DNA from: a bacterium
GTDB taxonomy: Bacteria > Hinthialibacterota > Hinthialibacteria > Hinthialibacterales > Hinthialibacteraceae
Assembly (NCBI GenBank): GCA_041946805.1
Contig: JBHGBC010000003.1
Coordinates: forward strand, 63,149 to 127,148
DNA length: 64,000 bases
Direction: 5' to 3'
The notes under the pieces are model-generated. The model searched no databases, had not been told where the DNA came from, and saw only the letters and a program-made list of their open reading frames with translations. The position numbers and the translations under genes are program-made. Of the stretch, positions 52,819 to 62,471 are shown one piece after another (position 1 is the stretch's first letter; every line of letters starts with the position of its first letter).

Positions 52819-53208
52819 ATGAACAACACGGTAAATCCTGATATCGGGCAAAAATCTGTATCCTCTATAACCGGCGAATTGCCCGTGCCCGGGACGGAGC
52901 AGTATACCCAAATCCTGCTCATTCAATTGATCCTGGCGGAGAAGCGAACCAGCCTGTCGCTGATGCGGACAGCCATCGCTATCTTTTCCTTGCCCCTATC
53001 GGTAGGTACCGTGCTGATCGCCACGTCCCGCTGGTACAGCTTTTTCGAGATTTACGAGTTGCTCATTCCGGTTCTATTCGTCTGTGCGGGATTGCTGATG
53101 GCCGGTGTTTACATCTTTACCCGGGCCATCATCCGCATCCGGAAGCAGGAAGCGCTGATCGAAAAGATCAAAAAAGAAGATCCCTTGCTGTCTCAGTACT
53201 ACATTTAA
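52819..53208 (+). CDS. Small two-TM membrane protein (DUF202-like)
   Basis: LAEKRTSLSLMRT followed by two hydrophobic helices. Confidence 0.7.
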   Translation: MNNTVNPDIGQKSVSSITGELPVPGTEQYTQILLIQLILAEKRTSLSLMRTAIAIFSLPLSVGTVLIATSRWYSFFEIYELLIPVLFVCAGLLMAGVYIFTRAIIRIRKQEALIEKIKKEDPLLSQYYI

Positions 53209-53215
53209 GACCGTC

Positions 53216-54316
53216 TTATGTAGCAACGAGTGCATTATAAATTTCCGCGGTAGCCTTGGCCATCTGTTCCGCGGTAAACCACTCCAGGACTTGCTCCCGT
53301 CCGGCCCGGCCCATCCGGCTACGCAGTCCGGGCGACTCCAATAGATTCCTCAAGGCCGCCGCCAAGGCCGCCGGATCGTTGGGTGGAACCAGAAAACCGT
53401 GGACTCCATCCTGCACGATTTCCGGTATTCCTCCCACGCGCGACGCCACCACCGGCAACGCGAAGAGTTGCGCTTCAAGGATTGCGCTGCACAATCCTTC
53501 CTCCAGCGAGGGTATGACGAAAATATCGAAGAGACACAAAAAATTCCCTACATCATGCCGGAAACCTGGAAAATGCACGTGATTGCTTATGCCCAGATTT
53601 TCAACCAGTTCCATGAGGGCAGGACGGGACGGCCCCTCCCCCACAATGATCAAATGCAGATCGGCACGTTCCCGAATGAGCTCCGCGGCACTTAGAATCA
53701 AGGTTTTCTGCCCCTTGATCTCCTCACAGGAGGCCATATGGCCAATAACTGGATCCGATGGAGCAATTCCAAACTCGCGCCGCACCGGTTCGGCGTCCGT
53801 GTTCTCGAAGCGTTGAGGATCGACGCAATCGGGGATTATTTGAATCATTTTCTCCAGCACACCCGCATCGGCGAGCCGCCGCGCGCAGGCCATGGATACC
53901 GCGATGAACAAATCCGCCCGGCAGTATTTCCAACGGTTGAGTAGCGTTGGACGGATAACAAAATCCACCCGCCTCGCCACCACCAAGGGTACCTTCAATC
54001 CCGAAAACGCCCGCGCCAGGATGCCCAGGGTATGCGCCCGGCCGGAATGGGCGTGGAGGAGATCGGGGTGTTCCCGCCGGATTACACGCGCCAGGCGGAA
54101 CGCGGAGACGAGATCCCATTCGTTGCGCATGGACACCGGGCAAGCTTGCGCCGCTCCGGGGGGAAGGCGCCGCAGCAGCTCGCTGCCGGAAGGCGAGGCG
54201 ATGAAATTGGTGTGGCCGAACCTGTGCAGCTGTTTCAGCAAGGAGGCCACTTGCTGCTGGCCGCCCCGCCAGGTGCGGTCGGTGTCGATGTGGAGAATGC
54301 GGTAAGACCGGGGCAT
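53216..54316 (-). CDS. Glycosyltransferase family 4
   Basis: WRGGQQQ, PSLEEGL...LEA and VGGIPE. Confidence 0.92.
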   Translation of the reverse strand: MPRSYRILHIDTDRTWRGGQQQVASLLKQLHRFGHTNFIASPSGSELLRRLPPGAAQACPVSMRNEWDLVSAFRLARVIRREHPDLLHAHSGRAHTLGILARAFSGLKVPLVVARRVDFVIRPTLLNRWKYCRADLFIAVSMACARRLADAGVLEKMIQIIPDCVDPQRFENTDAEPVRREFGIAPSDPVIGHMASCEEIKGQKTLILSAAELIRERADLHLIIVGEGPSRPALMELVENLGISNHVHFPGFRHDVGNFLCLFDIFVIPSLEEGLCSAILEAQLFALPVVASRVGGIPEIVQDGVHGFLVPPNDPAALAAALRNLLESPGLRSRMGRAGREQVLEWFTAEQMAKATAEIYNALVAT

Positions 54317-54336
54317 GGATGGAAAATGAGGAAAAT

Positions 54337-56208
54337 TTAGTTTTTCCTCTTCCCCTTCAGCGGCAGTTGGACCGGTTTGCCGGTGCGGGCGGATTGATAG
54401 ACGGCCAGGATGATCTCCAGCGGTTTGCGGCCGTCTTCGCCGGTGATCAGCGGATCCCGGTCCTCCGTGATGGCCTGGCAGAAGTCCCGGATCTGGGCCA
54501 CGTGGCCCTCGTTGGTGATCGCCTGGGGATCGGCGGCCCCGGAGCCCCGCTCGGTTTTCCCGCCGGCGGCTTCCGGTTCTTCCTCGCCCATGATCTTGCG
54601 GAACACGATGTCGCTCTTGTTCATGATCATCGTGCCCTGGGTTCCGGACACCTCGATGCGTTCGTCCATGCCGGGATAGACGGCTGTCGAGGCGATAATC
54701 GTGCCCACCGCGCCGTTCTTGAATTTGAGCAGCGCCTGGGCGATGTCCTCCACTTCGATCTTTTCATGAGCCAGAAGCGCGGTCTGGGCGGTGACCTCGG
54801 CCACGTCGCCCATCACCCACTGGAGGCAATCGACGGTGTGCACCCCCTGGTTCATGAGGCAGCCGCCGCCGTCCAGTTCCCAGGTCCCGCGCCATTTTCC
54901 GCTGTCGTAGTACTGCTGGGTGCGGTACCACTTCACGAAGGCCTCGCCCAGGATCAATTTCCCCAGCGCGCCGGAATCCACCGCATCCTTCAGTTCCTTC
55001 ATCCCGCGGTCCCAGCGGCGCTGCGAGATCACGCCGAGTTTCACCCCGTTACGCCGGCACGCTTGGATCATCCGGTCCGCTTTCTCCAGCGTGACTTCGA
55101 TGGGTTTTTCGGTGAGCACGTGTTTCTTGGCGTTGGCGGCCTTGACAGCGATCTCCATGTGCAGCCCGCTGGGGGTTCCCAGGGTGACGGCGTCGATGTC
55201 CGGGCGTTGGAGCAATTTGTCCGGATCGGTGTAGGCCATGACGTTGAATTTCTCTTCGGCTTTTTTGAGATTGGGCGAGGATACGGTATCCGCCACCGCC
55301 ACCAGGTGCGCCTCGGGGACCTGCCGCATGGCGTCGCAGTGGAACATGCCGATGAATCCCATGCCCACTACGCCGATGCGCGTTTCGCGATGGGGCATGC
55401 CCGCCTTATCGCAGACCTGGCGGAAGGCCTCGGTGGCCTCAACAAATTTCTCCGGTCCGGTGAAACCCGCGAATTGACCGCCTTGCAAGAGGTGTGGCTC
55501 CATGGTGGCGTAGCCGGTGAAGCCCCGTTCAGCCAATGCCTGGATGAGTTGGGGAAACTCGCCATCGCCTTGCCCGGCGGGGGTAAATTTACCCTCGAAG
55601 GTGCAATCTTTGATATGCAAATGGACGATGTGGTCCGCCTGCATTTCGAACCATTGCGAGAAGGGCTTGGTGCCGCAGGTCACGTAATTGGCGGGATCGA
55701 ATATGAGCTCGAAACTGGGCGAATTGACCGATTCGGCCAGGTCCTTGCAATGCAGCCCGTCCTCGCCGTAAATCCGGGCCTCGTTTTCGTGCAGAAGCAG
55801 GAGGCCTTCCTGTTCGGCGCGGTCCGCCATTTCCTTCAGGCGGCGGATCACCTCCGCCCGGTGCTGTTCGGGCTTGTCCCCCTCGGGGAAATAGAAAGAG
55901 AAGATGCGGATGCGGGGGACATTAAAGTAATGGGCCATTTCAATCGCCCGCTCATAGCGTTCCCATTCTTTCTCCCAGGGATCGGTGATGAGCACCTTGC
56001 CGAGCGGGGTACCGATTTCCGAAACGCCCATGCCGTGCTTGCGCAGAAGGTCCTTGGCTTTTTTCTTCTGTTTCGGATTGAGATCCAGGATGTTCACGCC
56101 CCATAGGTTGCGCAGGGCGATGTGATTGAGTTTCATCCCGCGCATTTCGCGCAGCTGCGTCTCGAAATCCGCGGCGATCTCGTCGCCGAAACCGCTGAGT
56201 TTGAGCAT
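54337..56208 (-). CDS. Fusion of sugar-phosphate isomerase/epimerase TIM barrel and Gfo/Idh/MocA oxidoreductase
   Basis: N-half HENE, FDPANY, HIKD and MEPHL; C-half VGMGFIG, EKP and GGG.LMNQGVH. Confidence 0.88.
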   Translation of the reverse strand: MLKLSGFGDEIAADFETQLREMRGMKLNHIALRNLWGVNILDLNPKQKKKAKDLLRKHGMGVSEIGTPLGKVLITDPWEKEWERYERAIEMAHYFNVPRIRIFSFYFPEGDKPEQHRAEVIRRLKEMADRAEQEGLLLLHENEARIYGEDGLHCKDLAESVNSPSFELIFDPANYVTCGTKPFSQWFEMQADHIVHLHIKDCTFEGKFTPAGQGDGEFPQLIQALAERGFTGYATMEPHLLQGGQFAGFTGPEKFVEATEAFRQVCDKAGMPHRETRIGVVGMGFIGMFHCDAMRQVPEAHLVAVADTVSSPNLKKAEEKFNVMAYTDPDKLLQRPDIDAVTLGTPSGLHMEIAVKAANAKKHVLTEKPIEVTLEKADRMIQACRRNGVKLGVISQRRWDRGMKELKDAVDSGALGKLILGEAFVKWYRTQQYYDSGKWRGTWELDGGGCLMNQGVHTVDCLQWVMGDVAEVTAQTALLAHEKIEVEDIAQALLKFKNGAVGTIIASTAVYPGMDERIEVSGTQGTMIMNKSDIVFRKIMGEEEPEAAGGKTERGSGAADPQAITNEGHVAQIRDFCQAITEDRDPLITGEDGRKPLEIILAVYQSARTGKPVQLPLKGKRKN

Positions 56209-56357
56209 GGTTCGTTCCTCTCTGGCGTGCGATTCGATATATTGGTTTTTTTATACCATCATTCCACGCGGCGGATAACCCTTCCCGCTTGCTTCCCATC
56301 CGGTGAAGCGGGATTGAAACACCGCGGAGACGCAGAGGACGCAGAGAGAAAAAACAT

Positions 56358-56915
56358 TCACGGCGTGTACAAATGCACCTTGGTTCCCTTGGGGACCAGG
56401 CGGAAAAATCCGCCCTGGCTGATCAGGCCATTGGTGGGGTCGTAGCGGGGGCCGCCCCGGATGCCCGCCGGCCCCCAGCCGTCCACCAGCCCGCCCTGCC
56501 GGCGGTGCGTGTCATCCAGCACGGGATCCCAGCGCCGCCAGGGATTCCCCCAGATATGCTGATGCGACTCGAAGGGGATCCAATGATAATAGGAGCGGGA
56601 ACAATCAAATCCCACGCGCAAGGCCATGTCCGGCAAACCCTGGAAGCGGTCCCGCAAAAATCCATTCAAATAGGGAACCGGTGTCGTCAGGGGAAATTGC
56701 TGGTTGTCGGTATCGCGATGCGCGTGATAGGAATTGTTATCCATATAATATTGTTGCATCGCGTCGACCATCATCTTCAGATCCGATTGCGTGGCGGCGA
56801 CCTTGGCCCGGATCTGGGCGTGCAGCAGGTTGGGAATCGCGATGGCCACGAGTATGCCGATGATGGCGGTCACGATCAGCAGTTCAATCAAGGTGAACGA
56901 TGAACGGAAAGGCAT
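56358..56915 (-). CDS. Prepilin-type N-terminal cleavage/methylation protein (pilin/pseudopilin)
   Basis: S|FTLIELLIVTAIIGILVAIAIPNL...RAK; LTTPVPYL; YDPTNGLIS.G. Confidence 0.85.
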   Translation of the reverse strand: MPFRSSFTLIELLIVTAIIGILVAIAIPNLLHAQIRAKVAATQSDLKMMVDAMQQYYMDNNSYHAHRDTDNQQFPLTTPVPYLNGFLRDRFQGLPDMALRVGFDCSRSYYHWIPFESHQHIWGNPWRRWDPVLDDTHRRQGGLVDGWGPAGIRGGPRYDPTNGLISQGGFFRLVPKGTKVHLYTP

Positions 56916-57092
56916 GGCGGTTTTTTTATCCCCTGGCGTGTCGCATTCTCCGTTGCTGGATTGCGGAGGTTTTTTCATCATAACAAATGCGCTTGAATTT
57001 TGTAAAGCAGATTCCGATTCCGGCCTGTGTGTGGAAACCGCTTCGGGCCTATGGTACAATGATGGGGGCGGAGGAGGAAAGCGAGCGGAACC

Positions 57093-57773
57093 ATGACACG
57101 GATACTCATCATCGAAGACGAACCGGACATGCGGCGGGGGCTGCAGGACAATCTGGAATTCGAAGAGTACGAAACCGTGACCACGGCGAACGGCAACGAA
57201 GGCCTGCGGCTGGCCCTGAAGGAGTCCTTTGACCTGATCATCCTGGATCTGATGCTGCCAGGCCTGGACGGCATGGAAGTGTGCCGCCGGCTCAAGAAAG
57301 CCGGTTCCATTACCCCCATCATCATGCTCACCGCCCGGGGATCGGAAACCGACAAGGTGGATGGATTGGAATCCGGCGCGGACGACTACATCACCAAGCC
57401 CTTCAATCTGCAGGAACTGCTGGCCCGGATCAAGGCCATCCTGCGCCGCACTCAGAGCCATGCCTCCACCATTCACGAGTATTCATTCGGTGATGTGTCC
57501 CTATCCTTCGATAAATACGAGGCGCGGAAGGCGGGAAAGCCGCTCGACCTCTCGCCGCGCGAGTTCGAGATGATGCGCCTTTTCGCCGAACGGGAAGGCG
57601 AAACCTTGTCGCGGGAGGAGTTCCTCAAGGAAGTCTGGGGCTACACGTCGCTTCCCCAAACCCGCACCGTGGATAACCACGTCGCCAAACTGCGGCAAAA
57701 GATCGAAGACGATCCCGATTCCCCCCGCCACATCATCACCGTCCACCGCATGGGGTATAAGTTCATCCGGTGA
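57093..57773 (+). CDS. OmpR-family response regulator with no adjacent kinase
   Basis: IEDE, LDLMLP, GADDYITKPF and the winged-helix RTVDNHV..LR.K. Confidence 0.95.
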   Translation: MTRILIIEDEPDMRRGLQDNLEFEEYETVTTANGNEGLRLALKESFDLIILDLMLPGLDGMEVCRRLKKAGSITPIIMLTARGSETDKVDGLESGADDYITKPFNLQELLARIKAILRRTQSHASTIHEYSFGDVSLSFDKYEARKAGKPLDLSPREFEMMRLFAEREGETLSREEFLKEVWGYTSLPQTRTVDNHVAKLRQKIEDDPDSPRHIITVHRMGYKFIR

Positions 57774-58043
57774 GATAACGCCAACGGCTCGGCATGAGCC
57801 TAGCCCGCGGCGTTAGCCCAGGAACGGAAATAACCCAAGCCGTTGATCCCCTCTCCCTCTGGGTGAGGGGCAAGGTGAGGGAAGCCCTGGAAGGACGTAA
57901 TATCCACTCTTCGCATGATCGATTTACCAGTTCCATATTGGTTATTTTTTCGGCCAATTGGAAAAACTCAACAGAATCCAGTCTGGTCTGAAATCTCCCT
58001 TCTCTTATCGGGGAAATAAAGCGCGGAGGTGTGATCCTCACTC

Positions 58044-59168
58044 ATGGCCAGGAAAATCATTCTCTCTCTTATCCCACTTCTTCTCTTCCCGCCGGTGGGA
58101 CTGCCGGCGGAGAGCACGGATTCCCCGCTCGTCTTCGAACACCGCGTTATCGACCCGAAAGGACCAGAAAATCCCTGGATCAAGATCGAAGCGGAGCTCG
58201 AAGGCTCCAGGATTTCCAGTGTGCTCATTGGCGGCCAGAAGGGCCCCCTGGTTTTTTATACTCCCCCGGATTGGAAAAAAGTCCAAATCGCCAAGGACGC
58301 TTACCATACCGTGGACGGGGAATGCGGCGACATTGACGGTGACGGCGACCTGGATGTCGTGATCGGCATGGAATACTGGTACGAAAATCCGCGGCCCCAG
58401 GGCCGGCCGGCCCGCGATCCATGGAAGGCGCATCCCATCAGCGAGCTCCCCACCCACGATATCGAACTGGCCGACTTGAACGGGGATGGGAAAATGGACA
58501 TCATCGCCCGCGACCAATCCGGTTTCGGCACGAAAGCCGGAAACCGGATCCACCTGCGCTTCCAGGAAACGCCGGACCGGTGGACCTACCGCGCTTTCGA
58601 CTGCCCCCACGGCGAAGGGCTGTGCGTGGGGGATCTCGACCGCGATGGAGATCCCGATATCCTCGTCGGCGGCCAATGGTTTGAAAATTCCGGCCGCGCC
58701 CCGCAAGATCCTTGGAAACCGCATACCATCACAACCAACTGGCATGAGGACACTTCCATCGCCTTGGGAGACATGAACGGCGATGCACGCCCCGACGTGG
58801 TCTTGACCCGTTCCGAAGGCCCCTACCGGCTCTCCTGGTTCGAGGCCCCCGCTGATCCCAAAATTCCGGAATGGAAGGAACACACGGTGGATTCCTCCGT
58901 GGATTTCGCCCACGGCGTGACCCTCGGGGATCTGGACCGCGACGGAGATCTCGACATCGCCACGGCCGAAATGCACCAATCGGCCCGCCGCCGGGTGATG
59001 GTCTTCTGGAACCTGAAATCCGGATCGCTATGGTCCCGCCAGATCCTGGCGGAAACCGGATCCCACAATATCCGCCTGTCCGATTTCAATCAGGACGGAC
59101 GGCTTGACCTCCTGGGGGCCAACTGGAGCGGCAAGTATCAACCGGTGGAGGCGTGGCTCTGGAAATAA
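58044..59168 (+). CDS. Secreted FG-GAP/VCBS repeat protein
   Basis: Six repeats of D.[DN].DG..D. Confidence 0.88.
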   Translation: MARKIILSLIPLLLFPPVGLPAESTDSPLVFEHRVIDPKGPENPWIKIEAELEGSRISSVLIGGQKGPLVFYTPPDWKKVQIAKDAYHTVDGECGDIDGDGDLDVVIGMEYWYENPRPQGRPARDPWKAHPISELPTHDIELADLNGDGKMDIIARDQSGFGTKAGNRIHLRFQETPDRWTYRAFDCPHGEGLCVGDLDRDGDPDILVGGQWFENSGRAPQDPWKPHTITTNWHEDTSIALGDMNGDARPDVVLTRSEGPYRLSWFEAPADPKIPEWKEHTVDSSVDFAHGVTLGDLDRDGDLDIATAEMHQSARRRVMVFWNLKSGSLWSRQILAETGSHNIRLSDFNQDGRLDLLGANWSGKYQPVEAWLWK

Positions 59169-59333
59169 GCCGGCTTATCAGGATTTCGATCGCTTCTATT
59201 GCACGAAATCCTGACCATTTCCGCGGGATTTTCTGGAATTTTTTTGGCATCGACTTTCCAGCTCCATATAATAGGTGAATAGAGTAACTTTCCTTTTCAA
59301 TATCTGTGAAGATCTGAAAGGAGTGCCAGATCA

Positions 59334-59942
59334 ATGAAAAGCACGTGGCGAACGATGGTTTTTGCGGTATTGATTGCGGCTCTCGCGATTCCGGGAGCGG
59401 TCGCGGCGGAAAAGGAAAAAAAATACCAGGTCGGTGATGAAGTCAAGGCCTTCGAACTGAAAGACGTGAATGGCAAAAGCCATAACTTGGCCGATCACTT
59501 GGGAAAACAAATCATCGTGCTGGATTTCTGGAATTGCCAGTGTCCGGTCTCGGCGGGCTTTGAACCGCAATTGAAAGACATCGCCGCCAAGTACGAAGGC
59601 AAGGAGGTGGTGTTCCTGGCCATCGATTCCAACGCCAACAACAGCGAGGATCTGATCAAAAAATATGCCGAGGAAAAGAAACTCAACTATCCGGTGCTGA
59701 AGGATGTCAACAATGTGATCGCCGACCAATTCGGCGCCGAACGCACGCCGGAAGTATTCGTCGTCGGCAAGGACAAGAAGATCCATTATCACGGCGCGAT
59801 CACCGATAACCAGGACGCCACGAAGGTAAAGAATCATTACCTGGTTTCGGCCCTAGACGCCTTGTTGGCCGGAAAGCCGGTGGAAACCAAAAAAACCGCC
59901 GCGTTCGGCTGTACGATCAAACGGGCGGAAAAAGCCAAATAA
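59334..59942 (+). CDS. Exported thioredoxin-fold/AhpC-TSA protein
   Basis: Signal peptide; WNCQCPVS; GAERTPE; FGCTIK. Confidence 0.88.
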   Translation: MKSTWRTMVFAVLIAALAIPGAVAAEKEKKYQVGDEVKAFELKDVNGKSHNLADHLGKQIIVLDFWNCQCPVSAGFEPQLKDIAAKYEGKEVVFLAIDSNANNSEDLIKKYAEEKKLNYPVLKDVNNVIADQFGAERTPEVFVVGKDKKIHYHGAITDNQDATKVKNHYLVSALDALLAGKPVETKKTAAFGCTIKRAEKAK

Positions 59943-60021
59943 CCAAGTTGGTTTTCAACCTCCTGCTTCGAGGCCCAGCAACACCAAGCAGCACGGAGTC
60001 AAGGGGGAATGCCTGTGAAAC

Positions 60022-60067
60022 GAGAATCCCCCGGCCGGTTGGTTCCAGACGGGGGATTTTTCTTTTC
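60022..60067 (+). terminator. Probable terminator between convergent genes
   Basis: AATCCCCCG ... CGGGGGATT followed by a T-rich run. Confidence 0.6.
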
Positions 60068-60258
60068 CCCTTTCGAATCCCCATCAAAGCCATGCCTATT
60101 CCGCTTCAAAATCAGGATTGAATGTCACCCCGCTAAAGCCAGGATGCAGCATGAAATCACATCTTCCCATTTAAAAACGGCAAGGGGGCGGAACTCATCA
60201 TCCACCCCCGCGCGCGAATTCATGGATTGGAGTTACACGCGGCGCCTGTCCGCCGGGA

Positions 60259-61641
60259 TCAGCCCAGTTTGGGGGGAGTATCGACCACGCGTTCGGTTTT
60301 CGAGTCAAAATACAAAACGCGGCCGCTGCGGTACGACTCGACCGACATGGCGATAGTCACCATGGCCTTGTAGGCCGTGCGTGCGTCGAGGACCGGCTTT
60401 TCGCGGCTCTTTACACAGTTGAGGAAGTTCTCCATGTGATCGGGACGCGGCGGTTCGCCTTCCTCGTGGGTCATGATCCGCACGACTTTTTCCTCTTCTT
60501 CACGGCCGTCGCCGCCGATGCGCTTGATGGTAACCAGGCGGTCCTTGTACTTTTCCTCGAATTGCCGGCGGTAAGGACGCTGGCTCATGACGGTGATGTA
60601 CGGCGTGGAGCCTTCGAATTCGCCGTGTTCGACCATGACGATGGTGCCCTCATGGCCGCGGATCAATCCCGGAATGTGAGTGTTATTGGCCATGCTCGAA
60701 CTCAACACCACCTGGTGTTCACCGGGATATTCGGCCATGAACGCAAAGGTATCGGGAACTTCGCGCGTGTCCTTGAACACGTAAATCCCGCCGGATCCCA
60801 TGACCTTGTACGGAAATTGCGCCTCCGGCCAGCAGATGTTGAGGGGGGCCATCACGTGGTAGAAGAGATCGGTGGCGATCCCGCCGGAATAATCCCAGAA
60901 TTTCCGGAAACGGAAAAAGCGGTCCGGATCCCATTCCCGTTTGGGGGCGGAACCGAGCCAGGTGTCCCAGTCGACGTAGTTGTCACCCTCGGACTTGGGG
61001 CCGGCGCCTTCATCGATATCCCAGTTCCATTCCCCGTCGCGGGAATTGCGGTGGTAAGAACCCTGGCTCATGATGAGTTTGCCGATCATGCCTTCTTGGA
61101 TGGCCTTTTTGGCCTTCCACCATTGGGCGCTGGACGTAGTCTGGCTGCCGACCTGCAGGACCCGCCCGGTCCGTTCGACGGTTTCGGTGACTTCCTTGGC
61201 TTCCTCGACCGTCTTGGTCATGGGCTTTTCGAGATAGACATCCTTGCCGTTGTTCAAGGCGTCGATGGCGATCCGGGCGTGCCAGTGATCGGGGGTGGCG
61301 ACAATCACCGCGTCGATGTCGGGGCGTTTGATGATTTCCATGTAGTCGCCGGTGCAATCCTTGGCGTTTTCGGGATCCAGGCCGGCCTTGGTAGCCGCCT
61401 GCTTGCGGCGTTTGACATACACGTCGCAGACGGCCACCACCTTGGCCTGGGGCTTTTTCATGACCCAATCGAGGAGGGAACTGCCCCGCCCTCCCACACC
61501 GATCACGCCGATATTGATTTTATCGTTGGCGCCTTCCTCGGCGGCGAAGGCCTTGTATTGGGCGGCGGTCAGTCCGGCGGCCACGCCGATTCCGGTGGTC
61601 TTCAAAAAATCTCTGCGGGTAGGTGACATTGTATTTTTCAT
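60259..61641 (-). CDS. Tat-exported Gfo/Idh/MocA oxidoreductase
   Basis: TRRDFLK twin-arginine signal; IGVGGRG; ATPDHWH; YLEKPM. Confidence 0.92.
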   Translation of the reverse strand: MKNTMSPTRRDFLKTTGIGVAAGLTAAQYKAFAAEEGANDKINIGVIGVGGRGSSLLDWVMKKPQAKVVAVCDVYVKRRKQAATKAGLDPENAKDCTGDYMEIIKRPDIDAVIVATPDHWHARIAIDALNNGKDVYLEKPMTKTVEEAKEVTETVERTGRVLQVGSQTTSSAQWWKAKKAIQEGMIGKLIMSQGSYHRNSRDGEWNWDIDEGAGPKSEGDNYVDWDTWLGSAPKREWDPDRFFRFRKFWDYSGGIATDLFYHVMAPLNICWPEAQFPYKVMGSGGIYVFKDTREVPDTFAFMAEYPGEHQVVLSSSMANNTHIPGLIRGHEGTIVMVEHGEFEGSTPYITVMSQRPYRRQFEEKYKDRLVTIKRIGGDGREEEEKVVRIMTHEEGEPPRPDHMENFLNCVKSREKPVLDARTAYKAMVTIAMSVESYRSGRVLYFDSKTERVVDTPPKLG

Positions 61642-61836
61642 CAGAAATCCTCTCCAATCTGAATTTCCGTTCCCGGGAGTTCTTTCCCGATTACCTCGGC
61701 CCGGCATATTGGTAGAACGGCCGATGTTACATCTTACCCCGAGTGGGACATCCAAGAAAAGGGAAGCCAGTGAGGAGAGGAACCGATACCCTCCAGGCCG
61801 GCTAGATATGAACCTCAAATCCCCTCTCCCTCGGGA

Positions 61837-62116
61837 CTGATCTTTACCCACAAATCATGATCCGGGAGGGCGAACCTCCTGGTGAGCCGTTATTTATTCC
61901 AGAGGTATTGGGCAACCCTGCGGCTCGGCAGGAGCCTTGCCCTCCCGTTCTCAGCCCAGGTTTTCGGCTAGGCGAAGGGTTGTCATTTCAGCCAGGTTTT
62001 CCCTCACCCCGGCCCTCTCCCAGAGGGAGAGGGAGAAGAAGGGAGAGGTTTTGGGGTTGATGAATTACGCGCATTACGCTAACCCATCCAACTTTATACT
62101 TGTGGGTAAAGATCAG
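61837..62116. mobile_element. MITE with IS50-like (IS4 family) ends, 280 bp
   Basis: 19-bp TIRs CTGATCTTTACCCACAAAT / CTGATCTTTACCCACAAGT (rc); perfect 9-bp TSD CCCTCGGGA at 61828-61836 and 62117-62125. Confidence 0.88.
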
Positions 62117-62471
62117 CCCTCGGGAAGAGGGCCCGGGTGAGGGAGAGACCTTGAATCAGCGGTAATCCCCCGCTCTCCCTCCCAGGGATCAGAGAAAAGA
62201 TATCACCAATCCCGGCCCCTTTGTATTACTTTTCATTACACCACCTCGATCAAAAACCCCGAATTTACGGGATTTTTCAATACCCCTCGATCATCCTTGT
62301 ACTTTGTGTTGCTATATAGTATGTTAACATAGTGTTTACATGGCTGTCAATAGACTTTTGCACGACGTTTTCCGGACGTTCAGAGGACGTTCTCAAGATA
62401 TTTCAGAAAACGGTCCATGCAAACACCCCGAAGAATGGCGAAAAATCGACATTCAAAGCGAGGGCTGACCG

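Noticed and set aside
59136..59168. VCBS protein C-terminus QPVEAWLWK as a fourth sorting tail
   Set aside because: It is out of register with no terminal Tyr, and is better explained as the final propeller strand.
59334..59942. Selenocysteine or stop-codon recoding in redox proteins
   Set aside because: The thioredoxin-fold protein and TrxB have ordinary Cys codons and complete ORFs.
61650..62470. tRNA/tmRNA as the integrase target
   Set aside because: No cloverleaf or GTTCGA T-loop with an acceptor stem is visible; the region is explained by a MITE and AT-rich sequence.
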